This document shows, piece by piece, positions 49,146-62,384 of a stretch of DNA of 64,000 bases; positions within the stretch are counted from its first letter, which is position 1, and each line of letters opens with the position of its first letter. This DNA comes from Octopus vulgaris (lineage: Eukaryota). The notes under the pieces were generated by a model that saw nothing but the letters and a program-made list of their open reading frames with translations, searched no databases and had not been told where the DNA came from. The stretch lies in the NCBI GenBank assembly GCA_951406725.2, contig OX597818.1:91264001-91328000 (forward strand), in the 5' to 3' direction. Made by a program: the position numbers and the translations under genes.

Positions 49146-50546
49146 AAGTACTGAATTATGATACATGTTGTTTGATTGTTTTAATTTCAAAATTTTATTA
49201 TTGTTTTTACTTTATAGTGTAATTTGTAACGATATACTCTTATCAGATCTTCTGAGAAGTGGAATTTTTATTCCTATTGAAGCTTGCTTTTGTTTCACTT
49301 CAAGTGATGTTATTTTGTTTCATTCAGAAATTCTCACAATATGGTAAATAATAGCTTTAAATTTTGGCACAGCACCAGCATTTTTGGTTGGTGTGAAATT
49401 GGCCTCGGTGTGATTTAAACCAAGAACATAAAGGGCTGAAATATACACCATAAACAAGTTTTCTGATATTTTCCCCGTTTTTCTATTCTTTTACATTCTG
49501 TGTTCAAAGTCTGTCAAGGTCAACTTTTGCATTTCATCTTTTCGATGTCAATAAAATAAAGAATTAATCAAAGAGTTGGGTCGAGAGTATAACTAACCTT
49601 ACCTGTTGAAACTGCTGACGTGATAACTAAATCAAAAACAATTATTATAATGATTTCTCACATATGATAAAATTCCTAAACTTCTGAAGAGAATAATTGA
49701 ATATATCGACTTTTGTATTTGACTTGTTCTTAATTTAGCGAATTCGTGGGAAGTAAGGAAAGAAGTTGTCCTTAGATAGATTAGAATTCAGTATTCTAGC
49801 GATTCTACAAAATACCCTTTCATCAGCCAATATTAGAATAAACATGAAGGCGGCGAGCTGGCAGAATTGTTAGCTCGCTTGACGACATGCTTAGCAGTAT
49901 TTTTTCCGTTGCTACGTTCTTACTTCAAATTTCGCCAAGGTCGACTTTGCCTTTCATCCTCTCGGGATCGATAAATGAAGTACCAGTTGCGTACTGGAGT
50001 CGGTCTAATCAACTATCCCCCTCCCATAAACTTCAGGCCTGGTGCCTATAGTAGAAAGGATTATTAGAATGAATATGAAAGGTTCTTTATAGCATTTCTT
50101 TCTAATTTTGGCACGAGGTCAGTAATTTTGAAAAGTCGGTAGGATGAGGAGAGGCTAGTCGATTATATCAACCTCCATAATTGAGTAGTACTTATTTTGT
50201 TGTCCCCTGGAGTAAGTTGAACAGAATTGAAAGTAAAGAGCCTGATGAAAAGTCACAATGTATTTCATCTTAAAGAAATTTGGAATCTCTGCATACACTA
50301 CATATCTCAGACTACAAATATAGAAATGAAAAGCTCAAGTTTTGCTATACAGATTCTCCGTGTCTCATCGTCAGATACCTTCATAAATATCTATGCAGTT
50401 TGGAAATGGAAAAATGAGAGATGTTCAGTGTGATATCGTAAGATACCTTCGTAAATATCTACGCAGATTTGAGTTGAAACAACAGCAATATTTAAAGCTT
50501 AGATCGCTGACAGATATATTGGCAAATAAGCAGATGAAACTAGATA

Positions 50547-51065
50547 CCATAAATCCTCGAGTATAATCAGCATTTTTTTCCCAAAATTTAAAGGTCAAAA
50601 TCCCTAGTGCGTACTATATACGAGGTTAAAAATGAAAAATATTATCTAAGCAATGTCCGAGTCTGTATTTGCTGTCCGGCAATGTTTATTCAAACGCATT
50701 TTGTGATGTCGGGCGCGAAAATACCTTAAGCTAAGCCTGAAAGCAATGAAGTCATAAAAAAATCATCCATAACTTGCAGTAAGCAACATTTATTAAAATA
50801 AAAGTATTCAGAATACAGAATAACATGTAACAAAAACAATTTGCAAACATATTTACATTCCCATATAACAGTTAAGAACATCACCATTATTGTATTACAC
50901 ATGCGCGGAAGTATTTGTTCGACTAGGTGCTGCTGGCTTAATTACACACAACTCAAGTTAGAGGAGTGCGTATTATACACAAGGCTTAGATTTATCAGAA
51001 GTACAGCCCCCTAAAAATCCCCTGCGTATTATACTCAAGATCGGACTATACTCGAGGATTTACGG
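50547..51065. mobile_element. Tc2/pogo-like MITE
   Basis: TIRs CC(A/G)TAAATCCTCGAGTATA / TATACTCGAGGATTTACGG with internal subterminal GCGTAxTATAxxCxAG repeats. Confidence 0.75.
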
Positions 51066-51423
51066 TGGACATTTGATAGGATACTGTGATAGATAGTAAA
51101 ACACTAAAAATATAAAACGACTTTAATTCGAAACAGAAAAAAGGTTATTCTTGAAGTCATAGAACAAATTGTTGATCTCATGTGTTGAAACCGAAACATC
51201 TATAGTGTGCAATAGCTATTTAATGACAAATAAGTTGTTAATACTTTCAACGAGAAAAGCGAATAAAGCACTAAAAATTATTCTTACTGTTAACTGAACT
51301 GCGGAAAGCAGTTTTACCCATCTGCTTTGAAAAACTTCGTTATGCTGCGTGACGGAGAGACTTTTTACAAACGAATATTTTTCAAATTTTCTTAATTTTT
51401 TTCACATAATTCTTCAAATGTCT

Positions 51424-51880
51424 TTTTCTTCTTCTTCTTCTTAATCCTATTTGCTCCTTGTGGAGCATAAGACCTCAACAATAGTTTTCCACCTCTTGCG
51501 GTCATTGGCGTGTTTCTTGGCTGCTTCCCATGTCAGGCCGGTGGTCCAGAGCTCGTCCAAAACGTTCCGCTTCCCTGTCTTCTTCGGGCGTCCTCGCTTC
51601 CTTTTCCCCTGCGTGTTCCAGTGAACTGCTTGTCGTGTCACATATGAGGGTTCTTTCCGCAGTGTATGTCCGATCCATCTCCATTTTCTATGTCTAATCT
51701 GAACATGTATGGGCTCCAGGTTCGCCCTTTCCCACAGGTCGGTGTTTGGCACTCGGTCGAACCACTTCAGATGCAGGATCTGCCGGAGACGTTTGTTGAG
51801 GAAGTTCTGGATCTTCTTGTAGTTGCTGCAGATGGCTTCCATGTTTCAGAGCCATACAAAAGCACAGATTTTACATTTTT
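51424..51880 (-). mobile_element. RTE-like LINE 3' fragment
   Basis: LRQIL..W, RWIGHTLRK, GKRKRGRPK and DRKRW motifs; short (AAG)n tail. Confidence 0.8.
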
Positions 51881-53701
51881 ACAGAACAATAAACAAATGC
51901 TTTTGTTGGAGGATATGAAAACGGTACAAGCATATTGCTAATGCAGAAAATATCGATTCTGTTTTGTGATGGATAATTACAGGAATGGCTATGAATTTTA
52001 ATTACTCATTCAAAGTGTTAAATTCACTTTAAATTTAAATTCAGTTCACGAGGCTAACAATTCATCGTTGCCTATCTGAGACCAGGTCACTGACCCTATT
52101 CTATTGCAAATGCTTGCATGGATTTTTGCTAGTGACTAGGCCTCGGTTGCATGGTGAAAGTTTTGGCGTTTTATGAAATAAATTTCAATTTCAAATGAAC
52201 TTAATCGTTTTGTCTGTTATTAAATATCTCTTCCACAGCACCTCTATATTAGTAAATGTTATTTCAGCATTTGTTCTGTACGTTATGCTCATTGAGAAAA
52301 GATGCTTTGACTCGCATCTTGCAAACTTCAATAATTTCAAACCAATTATCAAATATTCAAACAGAGTTGATAGCATATGAGTCATTTTTGTTATCCTTTA
52401 TTTTCATTTATTTGAATGATACTCGTATCGAATATCTTTGATCACAGAGCATAAAATTAAAATTTTTTTTTTTTGTTCCTTGCAATGTTCACCGTCATAT
52501 TGCATATGATATATCTTTCAAAGTATGATCCATTTACTCCTTTAGTGATGCTTCAAACAGAAGCTCTAAGTGCGAATGCAGGTCGCAGAGCTCCGGACTT
52601 GGGGATTTACAATATTTAGCTACTTTAAAGCGGCAAACTGGCAGAATCTTTAGCACACTGGACAAAATGCTTAGCGCCATTTTATCCGTCTGCACGTTCT
52701 CAGTTTAAATTCTATCGAGGTCATCGTTGCTTTTCACGCTTTCGGAGTCGATAAAATAAGTATCAGTTGAGCACTGGGATCGATGTAACCGACTTCGCCC
52801 TTTCCCTGAAACTGCTGGCCTTGTGCTAAAATTTGAGACCAGCATTAGTTTCTATTGTTTGAGCTTTATAGTTCAAATCCTGCTGAAGTATAGCCGTTTC
52901 ATTCATTCGGTAAAATACGATGCTTCGTTGATTGTGTTAAATGTATAGCAAATTATTGCCATTAACCAAGTCACATTTTTGAAAGCGAATTCTTTAGATT
53001 GGTTTCAGATATAATTCTACATAAATTTCAATGGTCTACGTTTAAAAGGGGAATTTTATTATGATATATGTAGTCGGATCGACAGGGTATATTATGACCA
53101 CGTATTATGTTTTATTGATTAACCAATAGAAATTGTAGACAGAATTTTTGCCGTAACTTCGAGACTGGAGGAAGTACTAAAGTTTTAAATCAGTTTTATA
53201 CGTAGAAGGTTTCCTGAAGTACTTTTCTGAAACGTCGTATTAATGCTTCTATTTCCGACCCCTGGCGACATTTTTACTTAAAAACCAGATGTTCAACATT
53301 CCGAGTTGATGAAATAAAATACCAGTCAACTACTGAAAGCTATATGTATTGTATAACAGTCTCCCCTCAGAGTTTTTGGTTATTAGTTAAATTTTTAAAA
53401 AGTATTGTTAAAGCTTCTATTTGTTCTGAGTTCAAATCGCGCTGACGTCAAATTTATATTCTATCAGTATGGGTCTATACAATAAAACTCTAGCCAAATA
53501 ATGAGGTCAACGAACTAAGCCCCTTCTCATCAAGACTGATGCTCGTGTGTCTAAATAAGAACCCTTATGAAAACTTTAGTTTTCCAGTTCTTTACATTCT
53601 GAGTTCCAATCCCGCCGACGTCAAATTTGCCTTTCTTCCTGAAAACATCGATGAAATAAAGTACCAGAAACATTAAAGACAAAAGTAGTAAAATACCTTC
53701 C

Positions 53702-54200
53702 TCATCATAATCATCATCATCATCGTCATCGTTTAGCGTCCGCTTTCCATGCTAGCATGGGTTGGACGGTTCAGCTGGGGTCTGGGAAGCCAGAAGGCTG
53801 CACCAGGCCCAGTCTGATCTGGCAATTTTTCTACGGCTGGATGCCCTTCCTAACGTCAATACTTCGTGAGTGTAGTGGGTGCTTTTTACGTGCCACCGGC
53901 ACAGGTGCCAGACGAGGCTGGCAAACGCCCACGATCGGATGGTGCTTTTTAGGGCGGTGCTGGCAACGGCCACGTTCGTATTGTTTTCTTACGTGCCACC
54001 GGCACTGGTATCACAGCTACAATTTCCATTGATGTTGATCGATTTCGATTTTGATTTTGATTTTGATTTTCACTTGCTTCAACAGGTCTTCGTAAGTAGG
54101 GTTTTGTGTCCCAAGAAGGAACGGTATGCATAAGTGGACTGGCTACATCCCAGGTAGAGGCCACGGGTTATGGTCTCACTTGTCTTGCCGGCTCTTCCTC
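53702..54200 (-). mobile_element. SINE or LINE 3' end with (ATG)n tail (RTE-type tail)
   Basis: AGGAAGGGCATCCAGCCGTAGAAA domain and CCATGCTAGCATGGAAAGCGGACGCTAAACGATGA..(ATG)n end; internal duplicated TTTTACGTGCCACCGGCAC. Confidence 0.65.
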
Positions 54201-55300
54201 GGTCATATAAACTCATAGGGTCGGTCTTCCGGCTTCCATGGCGTATGTATTCCCCAATCTTGCCTGTCTGTCACAAGATTACTCACTTTTGTCAACTGAG
54301 CTAACTGGAACAACGGGAAATGAAATATTTTGCTCAAGAACACAACGCGTTGCTTGGTCCAGAATGGAAACCACAATCTTATTTTCATGAGTGCAACACC
54401 CTAACCAATAAGCCACGTGCCTCCGCCCAGAATCATTACTGATATCAAATTTTGGTATAAGGCCACTGATTTTGGATGAAGGGATAAGTCGTGATACTTA
54501 TTTCATCGAATTCGACAGGATAAAAGGTAACGTCAACCCCAGTACTCAACAGGTACGAATTTTATCGACTCCGAAAGGATGAAAGCAAAGTTGACCCTGG
54601 CGGCATTTTATTTCAGAATGTAAAGACCGAAAATTTCCACTAAACATTTTCATCGGAGCAGTAACGATTCTGCCAGCTCACTGACATACGTACCAAAAGC
54701 ATTATTAAATTTTTTGTCATAAACCAAACACACACTGACAGTACAAGTTAAAGAAATGAGCCATGTTTACAGTAAACTATAATAAATTTACATTACTTTC
54801 TTTGGTGTAAACTTTCACTAAAATATGCCGAATGTTTATGAAATAATTACATTTGACAGTGATGCAACTCAGACTTAATGACCAGCATGTTTCAGCGAAC
54901 TAGGTCCTAACAACTTGTTAGAAACATTACTGATACGAATATAAGTATTTCATTTTATTTAGTAAATGAATTAAGACTTCATTAAAAAGTATATGAGAAT
55001 TAAGTTGAGCTAATGAAAAGTTTTTGCGAATGGTGAGAGCAGATGAGAAGTGAGATTGCAGTGAGTATACTTTAAATTTGGTAATAATAAAATGCCGGTG
55101 ATTGAATTGATAATACACACACACACACACATATGCATATATGCATATACATGAATATATATATATATATATGTGTGTGTGTGTATGTGTGTGTGTGTGT
55201 GCATGTGTGTGTGTGTGTGTGTCTTGTATCTATATATGTATGTAAGTGTGTGTGTGTGTGTGCGTGTGTGTGCATGTGCATGTATACATGTGTATATATT

Positions 55301-55646
55301 CAGGCTGCGGTGAATAAACTGTCATCTAAATTATGCAAAAGTGAAAATAACACTGACATCTCATTTTAACAGATATATTTACCAAAATTACATAAAAATA
55401 TCCTGAAATATTAAAGAGTAAGTTTATTCAATAAAATCGCCATTTGCTTCAACCACGGCTTGCAGACTATTTCAGAATCTCCTGCAGCTCTTCTGGATGG
55501 TTTCCTTTTGTAAATGCTGTCATAATCCTTGCTCACAGACGGTGCCCAACTGACGCTACTATACCGTGTAGTCGACAAAATCAAAAATAATGTGTATGCG
55601 TAAAATTAAAAATATAAACTGGCGACCATTTACCCATCACACCCTG
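55301..55646 (-). mobile_element. Internally deleted Tc1/mariner (maT-like) element
   Basis: Imperfect TIRs CAGGCTGCGGTGAATAAACTGTC / GGCGACCATTTACCCATCACACCCTG; minus-strand C-terminal remnant SCRRF*NSLQAVVEANGDFIE. Confidence 0.7.
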
Positions 55647-56636
55647 TATATATACCCACACACAAATACATACACGCACATATCTTTGTGTGTGTGTGTG
55701 TGTAGGGGGGTTGGAGATCTATATTAGCATATATTTAAAACAAAATATATTTTATACTTACTTTTCATATTCGTCTTATGTTGCAAAACTTTCCACCGTA
55801 CCTGTGCAATCTGATCACAGACATAAATTTCACAGCAAATGTGAATTTTATTTTGTGGTGCATTGTGACAGCTATCAAGGTGTAACCATCCTTTCTCCTT
55901 TTACGACTTTTTGTCTAAATTCTTCGGGTATTTAAATATTGATATTTTTCAGATTCATTTCATGACTACCCATATTCTCTGGAAACAAGACTGCCAGTTG
56001 TCAAAGCCTACCCAACTTCTATGTGCACCCTTTGAATTATAGCAGATCTGTTGTTTACAGATAATATTGGTTTCCGACCCACTGTTAGACCATGATTGTT
56101 TCTAACCAAGGAATTTATTACCTCAATATCTACATGATATTATTTCTCGAATAATCAACCTTGAGTTCCACCGTTTAACAAGTAATTATTTTTTATCTCT
56201 CGAAGTTTCTAAATCCTTATGCCCTAAATAACAACACGCATACACCTATACGCATACATATATATAACTTTAAAAAAGTTATAGCATAAATCTTTTGAAA
56301 ACATAATTTCAATTTCAACAGATTTTTTTGGAAGATGATATTTCAAACATAACTTTATAACCAGCAGGCGAAGTTTTATGCATTCAAAGTCAGCCACAAA
56401 TATCAGAAAGGAGGAAAAATAGAAGAAATGGTAGTAGTGAAACGTATAAACTATACACCAGCGGAAGGGAACTTAAAAGAAAAAAATGGCTAACGTTACA
56501 AGATCAAAAATTAACTATGTATGAAGTCCTTTACTTAAAGTTCGATGTTCTTTTCTGTATAGAGAAATATAAATTTTTAACTATATATACACAAGCATAA
56601 ATATATATGCACACACACATACACACACACACACAG

Positions 56637-56667
<31 letters not shown>

Positions 56668-57376
56668 TACACACACACACATACACACACACACACACTC
56701 ACACACGCACACACACACACACACAAACGCTTACATACATCATTATATATGGAGGCAAATTGTGAATAAATGGTTTAGAATGTTACTTTGCAAAAACGAG
56801 TTACCGAATTTGACCTCGCTGCGTGATATCTCAGGCAAATACAATTTTCAACACAGTGTATCACGACGAAACTGCCTGAGATTAACACCTGTTTTATTCT
56901 ACTGAGGTAATAATAGTGATTATGATGATCACGTTAAGCAAGATGTAGATGATGATGATGACCATAATGTTCATGTTTTTTTTGTATAATGTTCTCTGTT
57001 AACGAACTTATTGCTAATCCACTGGTGTGTGATACAAGAGTTATATGTTAATTTTTTGCTCGGTTAATCGTGAACCTTGACAAGTGAGATGGCGCATGCA
57101 ATTCATTTTACCTAGACAACACCGCAGCTGCCAGACTTTGTAGTTCAGCTCAATATTTCTGCAGACTGTCTGAACTTTAAACATTCAAGTACGAAGCGTA
57201 TTAAAATTGCACAAAAAAACATCGTCTGGAGTTTTCTTTGGAATTATTAAAATAAAAGAAACAAACAAACTTTCAATACATGCTCACAAATATACAAACA
57301 CACACACGTTTCTATATATATGTTTATATGTACATTAGTATATATATATATACATATATATTTATATGTACATTAG

Positions 57377-57435
<59 letters not shown>

Positions 57436-57568
57436 GTATATGTATATGTATAAAATATATATATATGTGTGTGTGTATACACACACATTATGAATATATC
57501 CATGTATATGCATATATATGTGTCTATTTCTTTTTATATATACGCATGCATATACATACATACATACA

Positions 57569-57600
<32 letters not shown>

Positions 57601-58694
57601 GTTCTTGCCATGCGGTCTTGTTATTTCTGATAGTATGAAGAAAAAACATGCGATAATTCTCAAAAGTCTGTCCAGAAGACACTGAAGAAATGGAATCGAT
57701 TGAATTTATCGAAAAAGTGAAATTAAAAAGATATTTAATAAAAAGTTACATAGAACCAAAATTCTTGAAAAGAATTAAATTAAATATTATTGCACTCCAC
57801 TGACAAGAAAAAAATTTAATCTAAAAAAGTATTCTTAATATGTTCGAGTCAAATCTAACTCATACGGATGTAATGATATTTAAAGAAACCATCATCGTTT
57901 AAACGAAACGAAATGTAAATACCTTAGTGTATAACAAAAAAACTAGCACAACAAAAAACGAAAAATATTAGTTAAAGTATAGCAAAATCTGAATAAGTAA
58001 AATATACAAAAATATATCAGATAAAATATATAAAAGCTATAACAAGTTAAGATAAAATGCTTAGAAGAAAGCGATGAATTCGGGAACTCTTTAGAATTTA
58101 AAGCACTAGGTTCAAATCTCACCAAAAGCGTCAGTTCTATTTGTTTTGTTTTTTGAGTGAAAGCACTGAGATAGGATCTTTACCTTTTGACTTACAGATT
58201 TAAAATATAATTTTTTGTAACTAAACACTTTCAAACTTCGGACACTGGTAGAATGTGTCATATAAAACATGTTTTACTCTTAGCATTTTTGAGAAAATCT
58301 TATATTTACGAAGTTATTTCACCTTAAAGTTCTCCTATTTCGTTAATTTCGACTAGCAAAAAAGAAAAAATAGGAAAATGAAAAAGGGTATACAAACGTT
58401 TAACTAAAGCATTTAAATGATACTGCTTGCGAGTGGGGAGCATGCAGCCATTTCACTTTCATTATTATAATTCATCGTCCAGTCGTTCGTTCTGTGTTTT
58501 TTGTCCCCACTGTGTTGTTCTGTCTGTCCTTGTGCTGTCCACTCTGTGTATGAGACTGAGTGCTTAATAAAGAGTTTGGTAGTTTGTCGTAATATCGTTT
58601 GTTGGTTTGCGTATAGTTCTTGGAGAGTTTGTTGGATTGTTACTTTGTTGTTACTCTGCATTTTTATATATTTTATTGTTACTACATGAGTAGT

Positions 58695-58980
58695 GGAGGC
58701 GCAATGGCCACAGTGGACTCGCGGTTGTAGGATCGCGGTTTCGATTCCCAGACCGGGCGTTGTGAGTGTTTATTGAGCGAAAACACCTAAAACTCCACGA
58801 GGCTCCGGCGGGGGGGGGGGCATCCCTGCTGTACTCTGTCGCCACAAATTTCTCTCACTGTCTCTTCTGTTGGCCTGCTTGCTTAGCCAGCGGGATGACG
58901 TCATTTGAAGGTTAAAACAATGCGAAGCGCATTGTGACCAGCGATGTGTAGCAACATCTGAGAGGTTGGGTGATCACGGT
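58695..58980 (+). mobile_element. tRNA-derived SINE family C (octopus OR-like)
   Basis: GGAGGCGCAATGGCC...GGTTTCGATTCCCAGACCGGGCG head; related minus-strand copies at 19337-19708 and 20572-20783. Confidence 0.75.
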
Positions 58981-60385
58981 TATCACTACACGATTGTAGT
59001 GTAAATAAGTATCGTCATAAATAGTGGTGATACTACACTAATTGGCAACGAGTAACTTCGTTACAATAGAAGTTTTGAACCACGACCTAAAAATCACTCT
59101 ACATGTGAGTCTGACGTTCTATGTATGAAAAGTAGTCTTAGAGAAGAAGTGAACGCGGCTCTTGTGAAAATTGAGATGGTGCATTAGCTTATATACCGCT
59201 TTATTTCTTATGTCACATTTTTAACTATACGTCTTGGTTGAATTCACGCATGCACATTAGTAGAACAATATATAGTTAATTGGATTAAATTCTGTTATTT
59301 CTGGTATATAAAAAGATTCATTGAGACGATAACAAATAAAAATGTCACCAGACAAATGTTCGCCTATTGCAGATCATGCAATCATTATTCACATATAATG
59401 AAGAACGAATAACAAGCAAATGCATGATTCTTATTCGTCGATAAACAAAAAAAAAACAATTACAAGAATAACTGGACTTAAAGAAAGTAAACATCTTCCA
59501 GAAGCATATGATAATAGCCTCTCATAGTTCGAAAAAGACGGTTCTGGAAGGTCTTGTTAACATGCAGAAATGACTTGCTTGCAGTGAACAAATGTATGGG
59601 CTTAAAGAGTAAGACCAGTGATTCTGAGGAAAAAGTGGTAGTTGATTAGACCGAACTTTGCACTAGACTGGTATTTTGCCTAAACCACACCAGAGGCGTG
59701 TAAAATGAAGAACTTACCGGTTTTAGAACTCAGAATATAAACGGCCTGGAGAAATACCGCGAAGTATTTTTATTTCGGCGACTGTCTAACGATTCTTTCA
59801 GCTCGCTGCCATTGTAAACGCTAATGTAATAAAAGTTATAAGTTTTAGTCATAAAACTCCATCTAGTAAGTGAAATATCTTCGTGAGCACAATAAACTTT
59901 GAAGATAATCAATAATAGGAATCTATTACCTATAACTACGAAAGGAGAAGACACGAACGAAGATTGTTTTCTATTTTCATTGAAACCAACAATAGGTTGC
60001 ACATACAGGAATGAATTATAGACTAATTACAGAGTAACAAACCTCTAACACCTCAAGCGAATTGAAGTCATCAGAAATCTTTTTAAAACATAAGGAAACT
60101 ATTCATAAACCACAGAAATCCTACATAAAATACGAAATTACTACTCTCTTGTTAAGAAAAGAAATATGTTCGTATATAAACAGAACAACACCAGGAAAAG
60201 TGGCGGAAAGTTAAATTTTCATGGACATAAATATGGCGGTATGGCTAACATGTTTCTATTGGACCAACATGATTCTAGATTCTGTACTTATGCACACTAC
60301 GTGTTTCACCATAGTTACAGTTTCACTAATGTCTTTTCAGCATTATAGAAGAAGGTTATGAAGGTGTCCCTCATATATATATATA

Positions 60386-61974
60386 CAGTTGCGGCCAAAA
60401 TGTTCAGAACGGCATTGTTTTCGTCAGAAAAGTAGGTATAAGTTTTTATCAAAGTTGTTTTATATTTTATAATTTTCACAGACAATAAATACGATATGAT
60501 TTGTTGTTGTCTGAGATTTTGGTTTAATTTGAGAGGATCCATAAAAAAGTTATGGATGATTTAGTAATTTACTGCAAAACCCATGGTGGCCAAAAGGATC
60601 AGAACGGTTGCTTTTACTCCATGTTTTAGTATATTTAACCGTCGAACTCTAATGTTTTGAATTTGTTTACGTGACAGTTCGTTTACTAAACATTAGTAAG
60701 AATATCTGCAGTGTAGTTTGTTAATATAATGCCACTTACTCCGTTACCAATTCGTCAGCAGATTATTAAGCTTCAAGAGAAGGATAATTTAAGTATTAGG
60801 TCTATTGCAAAGATTGTTAACAAGTCAAAAAGTGTTGTTCATGGTATTCTTAAGGTCTACGATGATTGTGGTTCGTGTGAAGCAAGAAAGTCTACAGGTA
60901 GGCCAAGAAAAACGACCAAGAGAGAAGATCGTGCTATGGTAAAGTTGGTTAAAAAGGACAGATTTAAAACTGCTGCTGCTGTTTTTCGAGAAATGCGCAT
61001 TGCACTGAAGAAAACTTTATCTCGAAAAACTGTGACTCGTCGTTTAGTTGAACATGACCTACAAGCAAGAGCATCTGCAGTGAAGCCACTGATCAGCTCC
61101 AAGAATAAAAAGTGTCGTCTTACCTTTGCAACCGAACATGTGTTGTGGTCTCATGAAAAATGGCAAACGGTGCATTTCAGCGATGAATCTAAGTCTATGT
61201 TATTTGGCTCAGATGGGAAAAGGTACGTTTGTCGAAAAGCAGGTGAAAAATTGTCATCTAAATGCCTTAAGACTAGTGTTAAATTCGGTGGAGGAAGTGT
61301 CATGGTTTGGGGGATGATATCTGGAGATGCTGTGGGCCCTTTGCTGCGATTACATGGAAAGGTAAATGAAGGAGTTTATAAACAACTTGTAAAAGATCAT
61401 GTCTTGCCTGTGCTGAGAAATTCAACTCAGCGACCACCCATATTCATGCAGGACAATGCCCCATGTCACAAGGCTAAGGTGGTCATGAACTTCCTCAAGG
61501 CTGAAAAGGTTATTGTTATGGATTGGCCTGCTCAAAGCCCAGACCTCAATCCTATTGAAAATCTGTGGAATATTCTAGGAGAACGTTTGAAAACCAGAAA
61601 TCCTAAAACAACCGAGCAATTATGGAACGCCCTTCAGGAAGAATGGAATAAGATCACCCAGCAAGAAATTGAAAATTTAATTTCCCCATGCACACTAAAT
61701 ATGAAATAATTCCAGCATTCTCTGGCACTTTTTTTATTATTTTGTTATTTTTTCAACCGTTCTGATCATATTGGCCACCATGGGTTTTGCAGTAAATCAC
61801 TATATCATCCATAACTTTTGTATTATCCACTCAAATTACACCAAAATCTCAGACAATACCAATTAATACCGTCGTTATTGTTTGTGAACATTACAGAATA
61901 TAAAACTTTAATAAAAACTTATTCCTACTTTTCTGACAAAAACAATGCCGTTCTGAATATTTTGGCCGCAAATG
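60386..61974 (+). mobile_element. Tc1-family DNA transposon with long IR/DR-type TIRs, TA target duplication
   Basis: TA|CAGTTGCGGCCAAAA ... TTTTGGCCGCAAATG|TA; TIRs of about 225 bp (60386-60610 and 61754-61974), each with inner and outer copies of GGCCAAAA..TCAGAACGG. Confidence 0.92.
60729..61709 (+). CDS. Tc1 DD34E transposase, 326 aa, C-terminus altered by a small deletion
   Basis: GRPRKT, FSDES, QDNAPCH and SPDLNPIENLW motifs; the usual ending HTKY appears out of frame (cac act aaa tat) just after ISPC. Confidence 0.88.
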   Translation: MPLTPLPIRQQIIKLQEKDNLSIRSIAKIVNKSKSVVHGILKVYDDCGSCEARKSTGRPRKTTKREDRAMVKLVKKDRFKTAAAVFREMRIALKKTLSRKTVTRRLVEHDLQARASAVKPLISSKNKKCRLTFATEHVLWSHEKWQTVHFSDESKSMLFGSDGKRYVCRKAGEKLSSKCLKTSVKFGGGSVMVWGMISGDAVGPLLRLHGKVNEGVYKQLVKDHVLPVLRNSTQRPPIFMQDNAPCHKAKVVMNFLKAEKVIVMDWPAQSPDLNPIENLWNILGERLKTRNPKTTEQLWNALQEEWNKITQQEIENLISPCTLNMK

Positions 61975-62059
61975 TATACACAGAAAAAACAAGGAGAGAA
62001 AAAATGCGTGTAGGAGCTAACGATCTATCATGGCGTCCTGACTTCGGACAGTGGTCAGA

Positions 62060-62212
62060 CTTGTTTTTTTCTGTGTATCTTTTTGTCGACGAGCGTAGGT
62101 TCGAAACGTGAAAGACTTTTTCTATTTCTATTCCTGAGCGCTATACTAATACATTTGTTTGTTTGTACTCCACCTGCCTTCGTCTTTTGTTTATTTTCGT
62201 AAACTTTCCCGT
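62060..62212 (+). mobile_element. Short (TA)n-anchored element with hammerhead-like motif (probable Penelope pLTR remnant)
   Basis: TGTCGA-C-GAGC-GTAG-GTTC-GAAACGT then TTCCTGAGCG...CCTTCGTCTTTTG...CGTAAACTTTCCC-(TA)n; homologous to 16820-16985 (-) and 17725-17820 (+). Confidence 0.6.
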
Positions 62213-62384
62213 TATATATGTATACATATATATATATGTATATATATGTATATATGTATATATATATGAATATATATATATGTATATATGTATATATATA
62301 TATGTATATATGTGTATATATATATATGTATATATAAATGTATATATGTATATATATATATGTATATATGTATTATATACATAT

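Noticed and set aside
50371-50467. Two ~26-bp direct repeats AGATACCTTC(A/G)TAAATATCTA(T/C)GCAG separated by a spacer
   Set aside because: Only two copies in a eukaryotic context; a local duplication, not a CRISPR-like array
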